Assembly (NCBI RefSeq): GCF_006345805.1
Contig: NW_021837001.1
Location: 1 to 32,030, forward strand
Direction: 5' to 3'
Length of the DNA: 32,030 bases
Source of the DNA: Octopus sinensis
Taxonomy: Eukaryota
Positions 9,760-21,126 of this stretch are shown here, in pieces; the stretch's first letter is position 1, and the number at the start of each line of letters is the position of its first letter. The position numbers were made by a program, and so were the translations under genes. The notes under the pieces were generated by a model. That model made no database searches, was not told where the DNA came from, and saw only the letters and a program-made list of their open reading frames with translations.

Positions 9760-11215
9760 AAATACTTCCATGAGTATCTCTTTTTTTCCATATACCTATT
9801 TTCTAGCTGGTTTAAATGCCTTTTCTGTTCCCATTTTTCGCCTCTTATCATAAATGTCATTTTGCCTATCCTTTTTTTACTACTCCGTCTTCCCAACGTT
9901 GTCTTTCCTTTTTATATATTTTGAAAATACCTTGTCACCGATATTAAAATGCTTCGTCGCATATTTAGTGCTTCCCCTATTTGTTTTTCTTACTGAAAGC
10001 AGCTTGTCAAAAATTGACTTTATTTTTCGAGCAAACATTTGTTCCGCAAGCAACTTGCCTGAAAAAGTGTTTGTGTTTGGTGTTATCCTATAAACACTCA
10101 AGAATTGTGTCAATGCTGCATCATCAACTAGCTCGTTTCTTGATTTCGTTAACGCTCTTTTAAATGATACGGAGAAGTAGTGATATATTTAATTGAGTAC
10201 ATCTTACAAAAATTCTTAAATTCATCCGCCGTGAAATGTGTACGGTTATCGGAGACTATGGTATCCAGGACAACATGCCTAGCAAAAAGTCCGTGTAAAA
10301 ATTCCACTGCTACCGTGGATGTCGGTTTTCTATATTTACTCATTTCTGGCCATTTTGAATAGCTACCTACCACTATCAGATAGAATGATCGGTTTAACGG
10401 TCCTGCGAAGTCTATGTGTAGTCTAGACCATGAAATATTGGTCTTGGGCCAAGGTTGAAATTTTATTGGTGGTGATTTCGCTGTAAGAGCACAAACTCTG
10501 CAGGATTTTACCAACTTCTCAATATCTAGATCCATTTTTGGCCAATAAACATAACTCCTCATAAGCGACTTCATTCTAGAAATTCCTGGATTTCTATTGT
10601 GGAATTCCTTTATCATTCGATCTTGGTCCTGTTCTAATTTTTGGTCCTGTTCTAGTTTTATTAATGTACGGGGAACGTATATCAGCATCTTTTCTTGCAG
10701 ATAATCATTGAACAAAAATTAGGCATTTGAAGAAATCCAGGGTTAATTCGTTTAATTTGAATTTTTCACAATCTCTGAAGCATAGGTGACGAAATCTTCG
10801 TCATCTTTTTTAACTCAATTTAAACACTGCCAAAGAGTATTGAACAGGGAACTTCTTTTAAGAAAAATTCTCGATAACAAATTAATTGTTTCATCGAAAC
10901 AAATCTCACCTGGTTTCTTTGGCGGAATATAATTACAGTATTACAGTTCAGCAGGGAATAACTTTCTTAAAAGTAATCGCACCTTCTCATCATTCCAGGT
11001 TTTACATTATTCTTTGAAGATTTCTTCGTGTCTTTTAAAACATGCAGAAAAAGTAGTTATAAATAAATTCTCCGATTGAGTTTGCTACGCCGTCTGACGA
11101 GAACGAACATGAAATATTTTCCGACTTCTTCAACATTACTTCTAGTAACTGTTGATATTATTCTTGTTGTTGTTGTTGTTGTTGCATCTGCACCACGCAA
11201 GCCAATAAATCTTGA
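9760..11215 (-). mobile_element. Internally deleted Ty3/Gypsy LTR retrotransposon (gag joined to integrase)
   Basis: Minus strand: poly-Q, KVRLLLRKL...YCNYIPPKKP...SLFN..WQCL..KKDDEDFVTYA..CEKFKLNELT..FKCLIFV...DADIR (Gag), then directly the integrase zinc finger and core, then VYRITPN...FNIGDKV...HLNQL. No protease, RT or RNase H; no LTR identified. Confidence 0.88.
10149..10620 (-). pseudogene. Gypsy integrase remnant (HHCC zinc finger and rve core)
   Basis: FHNRNPGISRMKSLMRSYVYWPKMD..VKSCRVC; RLHIDFAGP; IVSDN; TSPYH is followed (with a frameshift) by KRAL, so the segment carrying the catalytic E is deleted. Confidence 0.9.
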
Positions 11216-11563
11216 ATGGTAATGATTTTTTCTTTGATTTCGTACCTAAAAAAATTTTGACGTCCGACTCAAGCAGATGTTGGATATATACATTACCGAA
11301 AGCTGAACAGGTATCTCCCTTACCGACAACTATAACAATAATAACGACAACCAATTACCTCCCTTTATTTATCTACGTGTGAATTCATTCACTCGTGAAC
11401 TTCATCACACACACCATGGACAAAATTTCTTCTTAAGAAAAAATATATATTCAAATAAGTAAAACATAATATCATGAATAGCGATAGCGAAACCGGTCGA
11501 TATATTAAAATTATGTAAGAGTCCGTATTTTCCTTTTTTTAATTTCTTATATATATATATTAT

Positions 11564-11600
<37 letters not shown>

Positions 11601-11774
11601 TCAACGAGCGGAGTTAAAGTCAATGTGTTCACATGACCTGCTTCACGAGACTCCAAAACGCTCTCTCAACGACTCCTACCGACCTCTGTCTCAACCAATA
11701 CGCTACTGTATAAGAGTTCGGCTAGTCCATTCTTCCAATTCTCCAAGGGTGTCAATGACTCTCGCCACAACAAT

Positions 11775-11917
11775 TTCTGAGTTCAAATTCTGCCGAGGTC
11801 GACTTTGCCCTCCATCCTTTCGGGTTGATAAATTAAGTACCAGCGAAGCACTGGGGTCGATGTAATCGACTAATCTCCTCCTTCAAAATTGCTACCCTTG
11901 TCGCAAAATTTGAAACC
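11775..11917 (+). mobile_element. Family B SINE (variant tail), 5'-truncated
   Basis: TTCTGAGTTCAAATTCTGCCGAGGTCGACTTTGCC..CATCCTTTCGGG..GATAAATTAAGTACCAG; tail CAAAATTGCT...AAAATTTGAAACC. Confidence 0.88.
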
Positions 11918-12443
11918 ATTATTATTGTTGTTGTTGTTGTTAATTTTGTTGTTCTTGTTATTGTATTCGTTATTGCTATTAATGCATACTTTCCTTCTGC
12001 GTGGACATCTTGTTTATTATAACTCTAGTCAGAATTATCTGAAAGTACATGTTTCTCTATTAACAAAATACTGGTTTATTTGCGCATAAAAATAGCCCCA
12101 AAATTGACTTCTCTACATATTTCGTCTGAAAATTCCAATAAGAATATAGTTTGGTGTTAAAAGGTTAAATATAAAAAATGCATATGGCAACCATAATCTC
12201 TACGTAAAATCAAAAATGTGATTATTTATGAGAATTATTTTAATTTCGAAGATTACATTTTTTTTCATCTTCGTTTTTTTTTCCAATAAAAGTAACAGTA
12301 ATCGCCATTTGGCAAAGGAATTTAACAACATTTCTCTTATTATCATTGTAATTATTATTGCTATTAGTACTCTAGTTTTTGTTTTTGGTATTGATATTGT
12401 TAAACTTTTGTCGCTATTATTGTTTTATTACTGTTAAAATTTG

Positions 12444-12747
<304 letters not shown>

Positions 12748-13050
12748 GATTCTCGCTGTTCTATTAGCTGTTGTTCTTTACTTGAAAGCAGGCAGCAACA
12801 AATCACCAAAGGTTTCAAGTAGTGCATTCTCCTGTTACTCAAAGAGACGATACTCTCCTCAGATTTCGAGATGTACCCAACAATGCTGTCTTCTGGATCA
12901 CCTCCAGCCTGACAGCAGCCCCAATATTCTTAATATGATTCTCAAAGCTCTTCGAAGCTCCTCCTAATACTCCAATGACCACCGGTATCACCATTACTTT
13001 CCTCATGCCCTATAACTTTCTTATCTCGTCCCGCAATGGCTGGTAATTCA
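12748..13050 (-). mobile_element. 5'-truncated R4/Dong-clade retrotransposon 3' end (second family)
   Basis: 13045-12839 reads YQPLRDEIRKL*GMRKVMVIPVVIGVLGGASKSFENHIKNIGAAVRLEVIQKTALLGTSRNLRRVSSL*. The short UTR runs into (AAT)n. Confidence 0.87.
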
Positions 13051-13053
13051 ATT

Positions 13054-13285
13054 TTGGTTGCACGTCGCTGAACGGCTTCCAGACGATTAATATCCTGGGA
13101 AAGATAGGGGTTCCAGACCGGTGATGCAAATTACAGGTGAGGTCTTACCATAGCTATATAAAGCCGCAGATAGATAGCCGGAGAGCGGCTCACAAAGGAC
13201 TTGGTGAGTGATGCCAAGACACCCTCAGCCTTCTTGGCAATTTTAGCAATGTGTTTTGTCCAACGCAAATCGCTGTCAACAATCT
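13054..13285 (-). mobile_element. CR1-type LINE RT C-terminal fragment
   Basis: IVDSDLRWTKHIAKIAKKAEGVLASLTKSFVSRSPAIYLRLYIAMVRPHL*FASPVWNPYLSQDINRLEAVQRRATK. Confidence 0.88.
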
Positions 13286-13329
13286 TTGTACTATGGCAAC
13301 TTCTCCACTTCTTTTTTATAAAAGAAATC

Positions 13330-13400
13330 ATGACTGCACTAGGTCTGCTTAGGGGGTTATTTTGTTCTAGCATATGTGCAGCCTCTTTTAATTTTCGTAT
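13330..13400 (-). repeat. Inverted copy of part of the PLE endonuclease (matches 13640-13710)
   Basis: Minus strand encodes IRKLKEAAHMLEQNNPLSRPSA versus IRKLKEAAHMLGHNNLLSRPNA on plus. Confidence 0.9.
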
Positions 13401-13762
13401 AAAAACACCCATAGAAGAGAATATGACCAAAAATTGCGTGTACTCCATCCCATACATTTGTAGCAGGTTATACAAAGGCGAAACATGACGCCCACTCAAA
13501 ACAAGGGTAGAAGAACATCGTAAAGGTGTGACACGAGGGGGTGTTGAAAGATCGGGTTTAGCGGGTCATGTATGGAAGAACGAAGACCACCTTCCTGTGG
13601 GATGAAGTTCAAATTGTCGACAGAGAACACCACTGGAAAATACGAAAACTAAAAGAGGCAGCACATATGCTAGGACACAATAACCTCCTAAGCAGACCTA
13701 ATGCAGATATGAGTAGAATATGGGAACCAGTATTAAGAGAATATAAAATGCTAGGTTTATAA
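13401..13762 (+). pseudogene. Penelope-like element C-terminal GIY-YIG endonuclease (degraded)
   Basis: KTPIEENMTKNCVYSIPYICSRLYKGET*RPLKTRVEEHRKGV...GLAGHVWKNEDHLP / WDEVQIVDREHHWKIRKLKEAAHM...MSRIWEPVL. One in-frame stop (13486-13488) and one frameshift (~13596). Confidence 0.9.
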
Positions 13763-13782
13763 GCCATAAAATTCACTCTATA

Positions 13783-14032
13783 ATTGCCCACGGGCAGATA
13801 GCCACGTGGATAAGAGCGTAGGCTATTAACCCTCGGATTCTCAGACTTAAAAGATAATATCAACAGGAAGATAACATCAGCAACATACCTTAGGAAGGAG
13901 AACAGTCAAATAAAGGGTTGGGTTCGAAATTCCACCAGAGCACCTGATGAAGGCTGGAGAGTACATCAGCCAAAACGTGGTGATAACAATAAACAAGGTA
14001 GGACACCTATACGTCCATTATAAATAATGTAC
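13783..14032 (+). mobile_element. PLE 3' region: tRNA-like segment plus hammerhead (copy 2 of the tRNA-head/hammerhead element)
   Basis: TGCCCACGGGCAGATAGCCACGTGGATAAGAGCGTAGGCTATTAACC..GATTC aligns with the 31510 head; CATACCTTAGGAA; GGTTCGAAATTCC; CTGATGA (13944) A GGCTG/CAGCC AAAAC GTG. Confidence 0.8.
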
Positions 14033-14301
14033 AGTAAACTGGTTGCTCACTGAACTTAAGAATTAGAGCTCTGGCTTGTGATACATGCATCAGTCCAGTG
14101 TGCCTCTGACTGATGGGGTACCACAATATCGAAACACCGGGTGCTCCAAAGTCCTTTGCGTTAAAGAAGTGGTTTATCAGAAGTGTTTTATCAGCACATA
14201 TTTGTCGTAAAGAAGCTGTTCCGTGAAGAAATACAATAGCGTTTAGTATATTAACGCTCGGATCTGCCGGAAATTATAAGGGCTAAGTATGCGTCATCGT
14301 A

Positions 14302-14605
<304 letters not shown>

Positions 14606-15024
14606 ATAGTTAAATGATAATCTAAGCATTATATATTATATTTCTGTATTATATGTAAACCATATGAATTATCCGTGTTACATAAATATACAAAAGGCAA
14701 ATAACAACGTCCACATACAAATCTATAAATAACAATTACACGGCTAAATCCGGCAGCCATTGACGTGGCCACGCCAATGATGTATGCTACAGACGAATAA
14801 CATAGAAGTGGGCTTTAAAATTAAATTGGGAAAAAAAATTATTTTTATATAGCAATACGATAGACTGCAGGAGACGTATTTAAGACATTCTTGCTTATTA
14901 ATTCTTATTTATGTTCCTGCTTTACTGGGGAGAAGTTATTGTTGAGTTGTTTGTTCAACATCAATAAATATACATGTCAAACAATTTAATAAAGACGACA
15001 GACAGAAACACACATATACACCCG

Positions 15025-15394
15025 TATGTGTGTGTGTGTGTGGTGTGTGTGTGTGTGTGTAAGAATGTATGTATGTATGTATGTATGTATGCATGTATGT
15101 ATGTATGTAGTATGTATGTATGTGTTTCTATGTAAGTGTGATCTTAAGATTTAGAAGAGCCAAATCTATGGCGTTTAGCTAACTATATACAGAGCGCGTG
15201 TGTATATATATATATATGTGTGTGTGTGTCTGTGTGTGTATGTATGTGTGTATGTATATATGGGTATATATATGTGTATATGTATATGTGTATATACATA
15301 CATGTGTGTATATATATATGTATATATATATATATATGTGTGTGTGTGTATGTGTATATATTTGTATATATATATGTGTGTGTGTGTGTGTATA

Positions 15395-15445
<51 letters not shown>

Positions 15446-15480
15446 TTGTATGTGTGTGTATGTGTACACATACAGACATA
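15025..15480. repeat. (TG)n/(TATG)n/(TA)n microsatellite cluster
   Basis: Direct reading; short unique spacer at ~15125-15190. Confidence 0.9.
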
Positions 15481-15799
15481 TATTCTTAAGATTCGGGTAA
15501 AATCCTTGTAGCCTACCCTGCTAAGCGCTTCCAGAGTTGCTGGCTACCTAATGTTATCATACAGTGGAAATATTCCTGCTATTGGATATACACAATATCC
15601 ATAGAGATTATACAAATAGATAAATGAAAGAAAATGGAATTAACGACATTCCTTCTTTCAAATTACTATGATTGTTTTTGTGACATATTATTACACCTGT
15701 AGGTGAGATGTTGTGCAATCATTAAGATAATCTGCGTGTGTATGTATGCATGTATGTATGTATGTGTGCGCGTATGTCAGCGCGCGCGTGTGTATTACT

Positions 15800-15935
15800 G
15801 GTGCGTAATTAGCAGAATCGTTAGAACGCTTGATAGATAACATGTCGCTTATCTTTCGAGATGTATGAGCAATATGTTCGAATCCAGCTCATGTCGTTTA
15901 TCATTTGATCATTTTGGGGCTGATAAATATAGTGC
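15800..15935 (+). mobile_element. Highly diverged family B-like SINE
   Basis: TAGCAGAATCGTTAG A-box, GTTCGAATCC B-box, TCATTTTGGGGCTGATAAA. Confidence 0.5.
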
Positions 15936-16589
15936 CCTCCTTCTGTGCTGACGTAGAATCCGCCAAAGTTTTTACTGTCTACTTTATAAATAAATCGTTT
16001 GTTGTGAGATTTAAAGATATATGGTCATTGGGTTTTAAAATGCACAAAGAACACCAAATATCTTGACTGGCTCAGAACGACTCTCTAAAACATTTAAGGG
16101 TCCATTGCATGGCGTTAGAGTTACAGGAAAGGTAAAAAGGAGGGCCATAAATTCCGGCATTAAAGCAGCGGAAAGACCAATATGTCACTTCCGATACAGC
16201 AGGTTTCCTGCTATCGGAATGTAAATTGGAATTTAAGAAATTCTTGCGGCGGCAACAGCACAAGTCGGAGAGTTTAGAGTTGAAAACCCGAGGCACCATG
16301 GTTACCTCTGATATATCACTGACGAAGCATACCAGAATAACAGTGATATGTGTAGACACACACACACACATGCCTAACGTCTTGAACGCACTATTATCAA
16401 CATAACATGCTGCATTAAAACTGGGCGGCGGAACAGACTATATTTAACGATATATCCTTTATCACATCATCTGGGGCAATGCTTCTGCACCGAGGGATAT
16501 ATCACAATCGGTTTCACAGTATTTCACCGACGAGCAATTGATGCAGAATCGGTCGAAACGATCGTAGTGAGCGATAAAGTTTCTCGTAT

Positions 16590-16732
16590 CATTTGTGACA
16601 TATACATATACATACATATATATATATATATATTAACATATACATATATATATATATGTGTATATTATATATGTATATGTATATATGTATGTATATATAA
16701 ATATATATACATGTGTACATATGTATGTATAC

Positions 16733-16812
<80 letters not shown>

Positions 16813-16850
16813 GTGAGTGTATATATACGTATGTATATCTGTGTGCGTGT
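16590..16850. repeat. (TA)n/(TG)n microsatellite
   Basis: Direct reading. Confidence 0.95.
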
Positions 16851-17049
16851 ATACGTTTACGCTTTCTTTACAGTTAACAAATTAAAGATTGGAGGCAAAC
16901 AAAACGCTGCGAAAAGTGTATAAATAAAAGAAAATTCATTAACAAAAGAAGAAAATCAATAACGACCGACTGTAAAATGGCAGCAAATGAAGGCAAATGT
17001 TTTGTGAGATTTAAGGTTTCACTTTATAAGAATACAACAACATCATTCA

Positions 17050-17363
17050 CTATACGTACACGCATATATATACACATACATACTCACATACATAAATATA
17101 CAGACACGCACACATACATACAGTCACACACACAGAGACACAGACACAAACATAAACATACAAACTAGTATGTACGTATGTACGTGTATAGCTACACAGA
17201 CATATGCGTCTCTGTATCTGGAAATTATATTCATATATGTGTTTAAATATATTCAAATATGTATGTTTATATGATTATACATACACTTAAACACACGCAC
17301 ACACATGTTTATATATATGTGTATATATATATATATGTATATAAATATATATATTATATATGC

Positions 17364-17394
<31 letters not shown>

Positions 17395-17440
17395 TATACA
17401 TGTATGCATATATGTATATATATATATATGTATATATGCT

Positions 17441-17509
<69 letters not shown>

Positions 17510-17647
17510 ATATATATGGATATAAATATTGAATACATATGAATATATATGTATGTATATATATATTTTTTTGTGAATTCTCCCTACATATATATATATA
17601 TTCAAAAAGGGAGAGAGAGTATATAGATACATACTTGTACTCATGTT

Positions 17648-17713
<66 letters not shown>

Positions 17714-17735
17714 CATACATACATACATACATACA

Positions 17736-17769
<34 letters not shown>

Positions 17770-17810
17770 CATATATACATACATACATACGTATATACGC
17801 TGGCATATAT
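17050..17810. repeat. (CA)/(TA)/(TACA)n microsatellite cluster
   Basis: Direct reading. Confidence 0.92.
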
Positions 17811-18159
17811 ATGCTTGTGTGTGCATATGATCTAGTTGAATTTACTGTCAGGTGATGAAACTACAATACAACAATTACCGCTTTGTAAGTGTAACCAATT
17901 ATCTCATGCAAGCATCCGTTAATTGGTCAGTCGAGGAGGATTTTTAAAACTTGTCACTTGAAATGTCTTCTTCGACCGACATAAAATATACATTATTTTC
18001 TATAAATTCTCTCATAACTGTACGCTAAAATAAGATAAACTGAATGCTTGTAGGGCAAAGAAATGAACAGAAAGTGAAGAAAATGAAACGATAAGTATTT
18101 ATATAGTAGCACATGTATGTTGGTATATAGATATACCTATACATATACATATATATATA

Positions 18160-18470
<311 letters not shown>

Positions 18471-18586
18471 TGTGTGTGTATAGAGAGACTGTGAGACAGA
18501 CACACAGACAGAGACAGAGAAAGAGCAAGAGACGAATGAGTTACCAAACGAAAGAAAGTAGCTTTCTGCACATTTAATGAAACGTG

Positions 18587-18750
18587 TACGTTCTGAGTTC
18601 AAATTACGCCGAGGTCGACTTTGCCTTTCATCCTTTCGGGGTCGATAAATAAAGTACCAGTTTCGCACTGGGGTTGATGTAATCGACTTAATCCCTTTGT
18701 CTGTCCTTGTTTGTCCCTCTATGTTTAGCTTGTTATTGGCAATAAAAGAA
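18587..18750 (+). mobile_element. Family B SINE, 5'-truncated
   Basis: TACGTTCTGAGTTCAAATT..GAGGTCGACTTTGCCTTTCATCCTTTCGGGGTCGATAAA..AGTACCAG...GTCTGTCCTTGTTTGTCCC. Confidence 0.92.
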
Positions 18751-18781
18751 AAATATGTACATACATTCATATATAATATAT

Positions 18782-18812
<31 letters not shown>

Positions 18813-19030
18813 TATATATATTGTATGTATGTATGTATGTATATATAGAGACTCGGATACTCTGCATTTGTGCAACAGCAGTGCTTTTTGTAACGATGCA
18901 TGAGCAGTACTTCTTTGGTTTCTTAGGTCTCTTATCAAATGAATGAATATATTTCTACAAAATCCGTAAAACAGATAAAACCCCTTCCCAAGTCATATAG
19001 ACTAATAAGGCCAGTCTCTGTGGCAGATAT

Positions 19031-19182
19031 AATCTCCAATGGACTGGGGGTCAGTCCGTCGCAGGATTACTCATTTTTCCCAGCTGAATGAACTGGAGTA
19101 ACGTGAAATAGACAGTCTGGTCCAGGAATCGAAACCCCAATTTTACGATTATAAGTAGAGCACCTCTAAGCATTAAGCCACG
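19031..19182 (-). mobile_element. Family C (V-SINE-like) SINE
   Basis: Minus strand CGTGGCTTAATG..., GGTTTCGATTCC B-box, TTTCACGTTACTCCAG, CCTGCGACGGACTG. Confidence 0.65.
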
Positions 19183-19392
19183 TTTCTCCCCCCATGAAAA
19201 AACCTCCGAGACCTAATGTCTCTTTCATTCCTTCGTTTGGCAGAATGCAAAATGCTGTTTTGCAAACTTCAATAAAACCGTACCCTTTGAGACCTTGGAA
19301 ACTTGTGTCAAGTACCTGAATTAAATTCATGTGCAGCTTTCTTTTCCCTGTTCCTAGGGTGGTACTGACTGTTGATATCCATTTTGTAAACC

Positions 19393-19625
19393 GGCGAGCT
19401 GGCAGAAACGTTAGCACGCCGGGCGAAATGCTTAGCGGTATTTCGTCTGCGTTACGTTGTGAGTTCAAATTCCACCGAGGTCGACTTTGCCTTTCATCCT
19501 TTCGGGGTCGATAAATTAAGTACCAGTAACGCACTGGGGTCGATGTAATCGACTTAATACCTATGTCTGTCCTTGTTTGTCCCCTCTGTGTTTAGCCCCT
19601 TGTGGGTAGTAAAGAAATAGGTATT
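19393..19625 (+). mobile_element. Full-length family B SINE (monomer)
   Basis: GGCGAGCTGGCAGAAACGTTAG head (A-box), GAGTTCAAATTCC (B-box), conserved centre, tail ending GTAGTAAAGAAATAGGTAT. Confidence 0.95.
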
Positions 19626-20269
19626 TTGTTAATTATATCGGTATTGAAATCTCATGGCAAAGGATCTTTCAAAAAATTGCAATCACATGTCTGTAATCTG
19701 AACACTGACTTAAACAACAATTTTGTACATGACTGCAACTATGCCGTCATGTGCGAGATTGCTATGGTTGTTTGCCAAATAAAATTCTTTTCTTCATCTG
19801 TGAGTCTTGTTCCAAAGATTCTGATCTTGTCTTGATGGATTGTATGTATGTGGGCGTCTGTTCCATTGATACTTGGTGGAAAGTAAATTTTGTTTGGCCT
19901 GACTTCAGCTAAATTTGAAAAACCGATTGTAACATCCAAGTTTTGTGACAGAATTAGCTGATACCAAACTATAGAGAATCATGGGATTTTGTTCTTGAAC
20001 TCATTGATCTTATTTCAGGATTGTTTTAAAGTTCCTTTTCTGGAAAATAAAATGATTCTCTTCTTTTCTCATGTTAATTTCTGCAACATAGTCTGTTGTC
20101 TTTTGCCAAAACTTATTTTCTCTCTTGCTTAACAGGAACAAAGATCCATTTACTTCAGAAAACTCTATTCTTGCCACATAATTGTTGACTTTTCTGTCAG
20201 CTAGTTAATATTTTCCGATTCATCAAAATTCTTATGTGTTTCTGAAATGAATTCCTCTTCAGTTTTAGA

Positions 20270-20815
20270 ACTAAGATTAATTTCAAATCTCTTTGAAATT
20301 CGTTGCTGATATTCTTTCCATTTTGCTTCTTTCTTAGCCTTTATACTTCAAAAGCTTTTTCTAGTGCTCAATTGGTAATTCTTTACCAAGTAGATTCTTC
20401 AATTTTAACAGAAAATATTCAAGTCCCTTTGAAATTATTTTCTCAATGTTTCTGTTTTCCTTTCTTCTTATCCTTTATATGCCAAAAGCTTTCTCTATTC
20501 AACAATTGATTCACAAGATAGATTTTCGTCTCATTTTAAAACCGAGATAAATTCTAGTTTCTTTGAAATTCTACCCTGGCATTCTCTCCGCTTTCTTTTA
20601 TTGCTAACCTTTATTCTTAAAACATTTCCTGTTAATTAAATTGTGATTCCACAATTGGTTTCCTCTGTTTTAAAAGATAGAAATTCAAGCCTCTTTGAAA
20701 TCCTTTTGAAGATATTATCTTCCTTTTCTTTATTCCATGAACTTTATACGTAAAACCAAGCGATCGACGTTCGATTGGTGATTCATCCACGTTTAAAGCA
20801 GAGATAAAGTCAAGT
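20270..20815. repeat. Degenerate ~134-bp tandem array (about 4 units)
   Basis: CTTTGAAAT recurs at 20291, 20427, 20561 and 20693 (periods 136, 134, 132) within a shared TTTAA...AAATTCAAG context. Confidence 0.75.
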
Positions 20816-20957
20816 TTACTCTTTTACTCTTTTACATGTTTCAGTCGTTTGACTGCGGCCATGCTGGAGCACTGCCTTTAGTCGAGCAAATCAACCCCAG
20901 GACTTATTCTTTGTAAGCCTAGTACTAGTTCTATCGGTCACTTTTGCCGAACGGTTA
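20815..20957 (-). mobile_element. Family A SINE 3' part
   Basis: Aligns to 5192-5340. Confidence 0.88.
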
Positions 20958-21102
20958 CGTAACTGGTATTTATTTAATCGACCCCGAAAGGGTGAAAGGC
21001 AAAGTCGACCTCGGCGGAATTTGAACTGAGAACACGACAGTAGACGAAATACGGCTACGCATTTCGCCCGGCGTGCTAACGTTTCTACCAGATCGCCACC
21101 TT
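20958..21102 (-). mobile_element. Family B SINE, head and centre
   Basis: Reverse complement of 19393-19535. Confidence 0.9.
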
Positions 21103-21126
21103 CAAACGATTACTATATCTTTAAAT

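Noticed and set aside
13486-13488. In-frame TGA in GIY-YIG as possible selenocysteine (known in some Naiad PLEs)
   Set aside because: The same copy has a frameshift and a likely Cys-to-Tyr change, and I saw no SECIS. Simple decay is more likely unless TGA proves fixed in the family consensus.
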